Shown piece after piece: positions 26,592-32,000 of a DNA stretch of 32,000 bases. Both the position numbers and the translations under genes were made by a program. The stretch is from an archaeon. GTDB taxonomy: Archaea > Iainarchaeota > Iainarchaeia > Iainarchaeales > 1-14-0-10-31-34. The stretch covers positions 210,001-242,000 of the forward strand of contig JAJRVL010000004.1 of the NCBI GenBank assembly GCA_024277355.1, in the 5' to 3' direction. The notes beneath the pieces were generated by a model. It had not been told where the DNA came from, made no database searches, and saw only the letters and a program-made list of their open reading frames with translations. How positions within the stretch are numbered: the stretch's first letter is position 1; the number at the start of each line of letters is the position of its first letter.

Positions 26592-27179
26592 ATGAAAAAA
26601 TTCATTGAATTAAACGGATTAAAGTTATTTAAAGAAAAAGAAGTTTATTTTCCAAGAGAAGACTCTTTGTTGTTAGCAGAAACAGTTAAAGTAAAAAAAA
26701 ATTCAAATGTTCTTGATTTAGGATGCGGAACAGGAATAATTGGTTTACTTGCCGTAAAACAAAAAGCAAAAGTTTTATGTGCTGATGTTAATACTAAAGC
26801 ATTAAAATTAACAAAAAAAAATGCAGAAGAAAACAATCTGAAAATAAAAACAACTGAAAGCAATTTGTTTTCTAATATAAAAGAAAAATTTGATTTTATT
26901 TTCTTTAATCCACCTTATGTAATAGAAGAAGGAAACAAAAAAGATTTGATTGAAACTGCAATTAACGGAGGAAAAAAAGGAAGAGAAATAATAGATTTAT
27001 TTATTCCTCAAATAAAAAATCATTTAACTGAAAAAGGAAACTGTTTTCTTTTGCAGTCAGACTTAAATGGAATAAAAGAAACAACAAAAAAACTTGAAAA
27101 ACAAGGATTAAAACATTTAATAATAAAAAGAAAAAGAATCTTTTTTGAGGAATTAATTGTATTTAAGATTTGGTTTTAA
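26592..27179 (+). CDS. HemK/Mtq2-like N5-glutamine (release factor) methyltransferase
   Basis: 195 aa. 'VLDLGCGTGIIGL', 'CADVN', 'IFFNPPY'. Confidence 0.8.
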   Translation: MKKFIELNGLKLFKEKEVYFPREDSLLLAETVKVKKNSNVLDLGCGTGIIGLLAVKQKAKVLCADVNTKALKLTKKNAEENNLKIKTTESNLFSNIKEKFDFIFFNPPYVIEEGNKKDLIETAINGGKKGREIIDLFIPQIKNHLTEKGNCFLLQSDLNGIKETTKKLEKQGLKHLIIKRKRIFFEELIVFKIWF

Positions 27180-27204
27180 ATATTTTCAGTAACAAAAGAT
27201 TATT

Positions 27205-28344
27205 ATGCCTTCAAATGCCGATTATAAATATGGTGCAGCAGAAAAAAAATATCATGATGCAAAAACAGATATTGAAAAACTTGCAGCATTACAGGAAATG
27301 AAATCAACTGCACCAAAACATAAAGGAGCAGAAAAATTAAGGGCAGGAATAAGCAAGAAAATTTCTTTGCTGAAAAAACAAATAGAAAAACAAAAACAAG
27401 CTAAAACTGCAAGCGGTTCAGGATATTCAATTAATGTAAAAAAAGAAGGTTCAGGACAAATTGCAGTAATAGGCCTTCCTAATTCAGGCAAAAGTTCTTT
27501 GATTAATGCAATAAGCAATGCATCAATTCTTGTTGAAGACTATGAATTCACTACAACTAAACCTGAAATTGCAACATTAGACTACAAAGAAGCAATGGTT
27601 CAATTAGTTGAAGTGCCTGCAATAATTAAAGATTCATCTAAAGGAAAAGCAAACGGAACACAAATTCTTTCAATTATAAGAAATGCTGATGCAGTAGTAA
27701 TTGTATTAGAAGAAAAAAAAGCAGAAGAACAATTAAAAATAATTTTAAATGAAACAAATAATGCAAACATCAGGTTAAATCAAAGAAAACCTTTAATTAA
27801 AATAACTTCATCAAAATTTCCCGGAATAAATATTGCAGGAAAAAAATTTCTTAAAATAAAAGAAGAAACATTAATTGAATTTCTTAAAACTATGTCATTA
27901 CAAAACTGCAATGTAATAATAAATGAAAAAGCAGACTTAAAGAAAATTTCAGAAGTATTAGACAACAGAATAGTATACAAAAAAGTGCTTGCAGTAACAA
28001 CAAAAGAAAAAAAAGAAAAAACTGAATTAAAGGATTTAGAAGGAAACAAAATTAATTCAATTTATTTTTCAAAAGAAAACATTCAGGAAATAAAAAAAGA
28101 AATTTTCTCTTTGCTGGATAAAATATTAATTTATACAAGAAAACCCGGAGAAAAAGAAAATTTAAATGAACCATTAGTTCTACCTAAAGGAACAACAGTA
28201 AGCAAAGTTGCAGGAATACTTCACAGAGATTTTGCTCAAAACTTAAAGTATGTTAAAGTATGGGGTTCAGGTTCATTTCCCGGACAAAAAGTATCAAAAA
28301 ACTTTAAACTGCAGAACGGAGACTTAATTGAAGTTTATTCTTAA
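27205..28344 (+). CDS. DRG-family GTP-binding protein with a C-terminal TGS domain (G3/G4 motifs degenerate)
   Basis: 379 aa. P-loop 'GLPNSGKSS', G2 'YEFTT', TGS 'ILIYTRKPGE...LQNGDLIEV'. The DxxG position reads 'EVPA' and the NKxD position reads 'TKEK'. Confidence 0.85.
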   Translation: MPSNADYKYGAAEKKYHDAKTDIEKLAALQEMKSTAPKHKGAEKLRAGISKKISLLKKQIEKQKQAKTASGSGYSINVKKEGSGQIAVIGLPNSGKSSLINAISNASILVEDYEFTTTKPEIATLDYKEAMVQLVEVPAIIKDSSKGKANGTQILSIIRNADAVVIVLEEKKAEEQLKIILNETNNANIRLNQRKPLIKITSSKFPGINIAGKKFLKIKEETLIEFLKTMSLQNCNVIINEKADLKKISEVLDNRIVYKKVLAVTTKEKKEKTELKDLEGNKINSIYFSKENIQEIKKEIFSLLDKILIYTRKPGEKENLNEPLVLPKGTTVSKVAGILHRDFAQNLKYVKVWGSGSFPGQKVSKNFKLQNGDLIEVYS

Positions 28345-29606
28345 AACTTAAATTCAGTTACTTCTGATTCTTCTTTTGGCTTAAAAAATTTTTTTCTGTT
28401 ATTAAATAAAATTAATCCAGCAAGCAAAACAGCTAAACCAATAATTATTGTTCCAAAATCAAATGGTTTTTGTTCAACAAAATCAGAAGAAATTATTATT
28501 ATTGCATCATTTTTTGCTTTTTGTGCAAAAGAAACAGATTTAAGATATCTTTTTTGTTCAAAAGCTTTTTCTGCTTCAGAAAAATTTTTCTTTAAAGAAG
28601 AAACTTTTTCCTGTTCTTTCCAAAAAGGAGACTTTTCTTCATTTACAATAAAAGAATAAGCAGCATCTAAACTATAAAAATTATTTTTTGTTTTTGAATA
28701 AAAACTTTTATCTTCAGAATAAATTTCATTATAAGCTGAATTCCTTTCAGTCATTAAAGAAATATTTTCTGTCCATGAATTAACCTGAGAATTTGCTTTA
28801 GAATAAATTTCTTCTATTCTTTGTGAGACGCTTTCAGACAAAGAAAAAATTGAATCAATTGAATTTAATTGCTGGGGTTCATTAGCTAAAGCCAAAAATT
28901 GCTGTTTATCTAAAGAATCAATTTCTGAATCAGAAATTAATTTTTTTAATTCAATTACATGCAGAGAATAATCTAATTTTAAATCCTTGAATTCCTGCAG
29001 TAAAGAAAAAACTAAATCATATTTTTCTTTTAATTTATCAGTGTTTTCAGTTGAAGGATTAAAAGTAAAATCTGACTCCAAAGAAATAGCTGAATCAAAA
29101 GCCAATTCAATTTCATTGGATTTATCACTCATAACAGAAAGCATTGAATTCATTAAATCAACTTTATTTCTTATTTCAGTGTTAATTGTCCCCTGCTTAA
29201 TTGAATTCAATTTAAATGGAACATCAGAAGAAAGAATTTTAGTTAAAGTATTAAATTTTCCTTTATTTGAATTAGAAAACATCCATTGCGAAGTTCCTTT
29301 ATAAGAATTAATTGAATACAAAACATAAGCCGTTCTGAATAACTTCCTGTTAATTGAAGAAGAATCAACAATAGTTTTTTCTTTTGAAGGAACAGCAGCA
29401 AAACCAGTTGGAGTTCTTTCAGACAACAAAACTATAACCCAATAATTGTTTTCACCTGACTTAACAAAAAAAGGAGTTTCACTAAAAGACTGGTTTTCCT
29501 CTAAATAATGTGCTTCTGAAGCAAAAAAAATCTTTACTTCAGCTGAAGACAAAGAATAACCAAAACCAATAATTAATAACAAAAATAACACTGTTAATTT
29601 ATTCAT
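28341..29606 (-). CDS. hypothetical secreted/surface protein (signal peptide plus C-terminal TM anchor)
   Basis: 421 aa. N-terminal 'LTVLFLLLIIGFGYSLSSA' and C-terminal 'IIIGLAVLLAGLILF' followed by 'NNRKK'. S/N/E-rich ectodomain. Confidence 0.6.
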   Translation of the reverse strand: MNKLTVLFLLLIIGFGYSLSSAEVKIFFASEAHYLEENQSFSETPFFVKSGENNYWVIVLLSERTPTGFAAVPSKEKTIVDSSSINRKLFRTAYVLYSINSYKGTSQWMFSNSNKGKFNTLTKILSSDVPFKLNSIKQGTINTEIRNKVDLMNSMLSVMSDKSNEIELAFDSAISLESDFTFNPSTENTDKLKEKYDLVFSLLQEFKDLKLDYSLHVIELKKLISDSEIDSLDKQQFLALANEPQQLNSIDSIFSLSESVSQRIEEIYSKANSQVNSWTENISLMTERNSAYNEIYSEDKSFYSKTKNNFYSLDAAYSFIVNEEKSPFWKEQEKVSSLKKNFSEAEKAFEQKRYLKSVSFAQKAKNDAIIIISSDFVEQKPFDFGTIIIGLAVLLAGLILFNNRKKFFKPKEESEVTEFKF

Positions 29607-29711
29607 TTAAACCATTTCCTTCAATAAAATAGAATAACATTAAATATAATCTTTTGCATTTCAACACAATAAATAAAAACAGCTCTATATTAATTTCTTT
29701 ATTAAGCAGCA

Positions 29712-29804
29712 TCGCGATTTCGCTCGCGAGCCACGAGGCGCGGGATAAACCCGCGCTAGCACGACCTTGTGTCGTGCACTGGCATAAATCGACAGTGGCG
29801 ATTT
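29712..29804 (+). ncRNA. GC-rich multi-hairpin element of unknown family, contiguous with the tRNA-Trp 5' end (structured leader or separate sRNA)
   Basis: 55 G+C in the 90 nt 29711-29800, in an otherwise very AT-rich window. Hairpins: 29712-29729 (6 bp), 29738-29756 (gcgcggg/cccgcgc, 7 bp), 29759-29777 (gcacgac/gtcgtgc, 7 bp), 29786-29804 (aaatcg/cgattt, 6 bp). A 4-bp stem 29730-33/29780-83 encloses the two 7-bp hairpins. Track ORFs here are on both strands and look spurious. The strand call is tentative. Confidence 0.4.
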
Positions 29805-29965
29805 GGGGATATGGGGTAATGGTATCCCGCTTGGCTCCAGACAACTTTTTTCAAAAAAAAGTTGTATCAAAAAAACCTTTTTAGAAAAAAGGTTTAACAA
29901 AAACACAATTTTTGAAAAAGAAAGGCAGCAACTAAGCAATCTGGGTTCGATTCCCAGTATCCCCA
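29805..29965 (+). tRNA. tRNA-Trp: tRNA-Trp (anticodon CCA) with a 90-nt intron at the canonical 37/38 position; CCA not encoded
   Basis: Acceptor ggggata/tatcccc (7 bp). D arm ggg(t)-aatggta-(t)ccc. Anticodon arm cttgg-CTCCAGA-ctaag, with CCA at 29837-39. Variable region 'caat'. T arm ctggg-ttcgatt-cccag. Discriminator A at 29965. Exon 1 is 29805-29840, the intron ~29841-29930, exon 2 29931-29965. Confidence 0.9.
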
Positions 29966-29966
29966 A

Positions 29967-30052
29967 TAACGGTTTCGTCCGTTAACACCAAAACACGACT
30001 TCGCTTAAATCTTTGCAAGCAAAGATTTATCAAAACAAGAGATAAATCTCTT
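29967..30052. terminator. three hairpins between the convergent tRNA-Trp and metF-like gene (probable terminators/processing structures)
   Basis: 29967-29984 is 'taacgg-tttcgt-ccgtta'. 30006-30029 is 'taaatctttgc-aa-gcaaagattta' (11 bp). 30037-30052 is 'aagagat-aa-atctctt'. On the minus strand the last hairpin is followed by 'gtttt'. Confidence 0.35.
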
Positions 30053-30085
30053 ATGCTCAGTCCTGCTGTAAAAATAGATTAAATT

Positions 30086-30952
30086 CTAATCATTGTTTAG
30101 CTTTTCAGCTAACTCAACACAATAATCAAGATTATGCAGAAAAATTTCTTCTACATTTAAAGCAACAGGAACTGAAATATTATTTTCTTTATTAAAATCT
30201 TTTATGTCAGTCCATACTTTTTTTGCAATTTCAATTGAATTTTTAACTGCATTATTTTCTTCTTTAAAAAAATTTTTTTCTGTTTCTTCAGGTATTTCTA
30301 CTCCAAGCCATTTCATGAAATATAATTCTCTTGAATCAGAAACAGGACAAAAACTCAGGAAAACTTTTGCAGGAGTAATTTTATTTTCATTGCATAAATC
30401 ATTATATTCAGCTAAAACTTTTTTTGTGTTAATTGATTCAAACAAAACCTGTGAAGTAAAAAAATCTGCTCCAGAAACAGTTTTATTAAACATTCTTTTT
30501 GCTTCATTTTCCCTTGAAGGAATCATAATATTCCCGATTTTTATTCCTTTAATATTTTTTGCTTTGTTGTTTGCTTCATTTACTGTTAAACCTGAATAAG
30601 AAATATGATCAAAATTTCCTCCGACAAAAACAAAATTATTAATCTTGAATTCATTAATACTTTTATTTATCCATAAATCAAATTCATTTATTCCTTTGCA
30701 GTGAACTACAACCTTATTTTCAATTATTTTTTTTCCTGTTAAATCATTTAATTCTTTTCCAAATTCACAGGCACGAATGTTTCTGTAATAAGGTTTTCCT
30801 AAACGGTTTTCGTCAATTATTTCAGGAATATTAATTAAATCAGGTTTCATTGAATTAACTGCAGTAACAATTTTTTCAAGAATTTTTTTTCGGTAATTAT
30901 CAGAAGACAACGCACTAGGAGGAACGACTTCAAGCATTAATTCATCTTTCAA
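30086..30952 (-). CDS. methylenetetrahydrofolate reductase (MetF)-like protein
   Basis: 288 aa. 'LEVVPPS' N-terminus and 'SGADFFTSQVLFE' (equivalent to the MTHFR 'GAD..iTQ.fFd' motif). An 'aggtga' SD overlaps the upstream stop codon. Confidence 0.65.
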   Translation of the reverse strand: MKDELMLEVVPPSALSSDNYRKKILEKIVTAVNSMKPDLINIPEIIDENRLGKPYYRNIRACEFGKELNDLTGKKIIENKVVVHCKGINEFDLWINKSINEFKINNFVFVGGNFDHISYSGLTVNEANNKAKNIKGIKIGNIMIPSRENEAKRMFNKTVSGADFFTSQVLFESINTKKVLAEYNDLCNENKITPAKVFLSFCPVSDSRELYFMKWLGVEIPEETEKNFFKEENNAVKNSIEIAKKVWTDIKDFNKENNISVPVALNVEEIFLHNLDYCVELAEKLNND

Positions 30953-30960
30953 TTAATCAC

Positions 30961-32000
30961 CTATAATTCTTTTCTGGCTAATTCAGCTCCTTTAACCATA
31001 TTAACTAATTTTGGATAAGCTACATCCCATCTTCTTGTTCTTAAACCGCAGTCAGGATTTACCTGCACGTTTTCAGGATTATCCATTAAATTATTAATGA
31101 AAAGAATTCTATCTTTAATTATTTCAGGACTTTCAATTAAATCAGAATGAATATCAATTAATCCTGCTCCAATTTTAACATTCATTCCATATTCTTTAAA
31201 TAAATTAATTACTTTTAATGCTTCTTCATGAATTTGACTTGGATTAAATTCTTTTCCTGTTGAATGATTAGTGCATTCAATCAAATAACTATCAGCAGCA
31301 CTTTCTGCTAACTCAGGAAACAAAGAAGAATAATTACTGTAACATAAATGAACTGCTTTTTCAATGTTTCTTGGAACACCTTTAAATGATTCATTTATTC
31401 CTTCCACTACTAATTCAGCTTCATGCTGTTTGGTTGCAGCAGCAGGTTCATCAATCTGAATTACTTTAGCATTTTGATTGACGTATTGTTTTACAATTGG
31501 ATTTAAAACATTTCTTGCAAAATCAATTACAGCATTTTTTCTTGCTGTTTTTACTGCTTCAAGTTTGCTTCCATCTTTATTTTCTAATGATTTAGCATAA
31601 AACTCAACATAACTCCAGTCAGTCATAGTATAAGGGCCAGTAAGACAAGGCTTAATTTCTTTTTCAGTGTATTTTTTTACGAAATCAAATTCTTCTTTAA
31701 ACCATTCAACACCAGAATCAGTAATTGAAATTTTATTTTCTAAAATTCCTTTCCTGAAATAATTTGCATCAAAAGAATTCACAAAACCTGCTGTTTTAAT
31801 TCCTTTAGTTTTTTTTGCAAGCATATCATACATTTCAGTTCTAGGCTGTTCGCCGTTAAAAACTCTGTCTAAACCTGCTGACTCAAACATTTTAATTACA
31901 TAAATAGAAGAAATATCAATTATTCTTTGTTTTTCTTCTTCAGTTCTTTTAATTCCATTTTTTTGTAAAAGCCCTGTGCCTTTTTCATTAGCTAATTCAA
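30961..32000 (-). CDS. metE: short cobalamin-independent methionine synthase (MetE catalytic-domain/'core-MetE'-like), 5' end beyond the window
   Basis: 'VIQIDEPA', 'HLCYSNY', 'NPDCGLRTR'. The track gives 30961..31890, but I translated the frame upstream of that Met and it stays open to base 32000 ('..ELANEKGTGLLQKNGIKRTEEEKQRIIDISSIYVIKMFESAGLDRV..'). The gene is therefore probably N-terminally truncated by the window edge. Confidence 0.85.
   Translation of the reverse strand, partial: ELANEKGTGLLQKNGIKRTEEEKQRIIDISSIYVIKMFESAGLDRVFNGEQPRTEMYDMLAKKTKGIKTAGFVNSFDANYFRKGILENKISITDSGVEWFKEEFDFVKKYTEKEIKPCLTGPYTMTDWSYVEFYAKSLENKDGSKLEAVKTARKNAVIDFARNVLNPIVKQYVNQNAKVIQIDEPAAATKQHEAELVVEGINESFKGVPRNIEKAVHLCYSNYSSLFPELAESAADSYLIECTNHSTGKEFNPSQIHEEALKVINLFKEYGMNVKIGAGLIDIHSDLIESPEIIKDRILFINNLMDNPENVQVNPDCGLRTRRWDVAYPKLVNMVKGAELARKEL

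Noticed and set aside
29784-29789. 'ataaat' as the tRNA-Trp TATA box
   Set aside because: Its centre is only ~18 nt from the mature 5' end, which would put the predicted start inside the tRNA. It also forms part of the hairpin 29786-29804.
29712-29804. GC-rich element as a second tRNA, split-tRNA half, H/ACA sRNA, SRP RNA, 5S rRNA or RNase P RNA
   Set aside because: There is no T-loop (TTCRA) or D-loop GG. The hairpin loops are 5-6 nt rather than 7, and no acceptor pairing exists. There is no ACA box 3' of a pocket-containing hairpin and no K-turn GA pairs. I found none of the SRP 'GGAAG.AGCAGC'-type or RNase P 'GAGGAAAGTCC'-type conserved strings on either strand. It is left as unknown.
29599-29985. 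Four track ORFs (29599..29844 -, 29654..29884 +, 29685..29966 -, 29803..29985 +) as protein-coding genes
   Set aside because: They overlap each other on both strands, cover the tRNA-Trp gene and the GC-rich hairpin region, and have odd compositions. Open frames here are a by-product of locally high GC and structured RNA.
1-32000. CRISPR arrays, transposases/integrases, prophage or defence islands
   Set aside because: I saw no regularly spaced direct repeats, no DDE/tyrosine-recombinase-like ORFs, and no duplicated tRNA 3' segment (att-like) flanking tRNA-Trp. The window looks like core chromosome.

Overview
The window is very AT-rich, densely packed archaeal chromosome, probably from a small-genome, DPANN-like lineage; I cannot place it more precisely. 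The archaeal assignment rests on a canonical box C/D sRNA, an intron-containing tRNA-Trp, a RaSEA-type radical SAM gene, ZPR1 and DRG homologues, and apparently leaderless or short-SD mRNAs. Most of the content is housekeeping. It includes pyrimidine synthesis genes (pyrD, carA, carB), a PLP aminotransferase and a frameshifted RaSEA-like radical SAM gene. There is a GH130/GT4 glycan cluster and an ion-homeostasis island (CBS protein, RCK-bearing CPA2 antiporter, ArsR-type regulator, second CPA2 antiporter, CDF transporter). Information-processing genes are a minimal RNase HIII-like enzyme, ZPR1, TatD, two methyltransferases and a DRG-type GTPase. A MetF-like/short MetE-like pair runs off the right edge. 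I found no CRISPR array, transposase, integrase or rRNA. The most interesting signals are non-coding. First, a ~93-nt multi-hairpin element (55 G+C in the 90 nt 29711-29800) is fused to the 5' end of tRNA-Trp and matches no RNA family I can recognise. Second, the tRNA-Trp has a 90-nt A/U-rich intron without the box C/D guide found in euryarchaeal tRNA-Trp introns. Third, an unannotated box C/D sRNA has two 12-nt guides. Fourth, a TATA-plus-18-nt motif module is duplicated around the ion-transport genes. Protein-level oddities are the split RaSEA gene coupled to an aminotransferase, a DRG GTPase with degenerate G3/G4 motifs, and an RNase H2 core reduced to its catalytic part. All protein calls come from reading motifs by eye; no database search was run.
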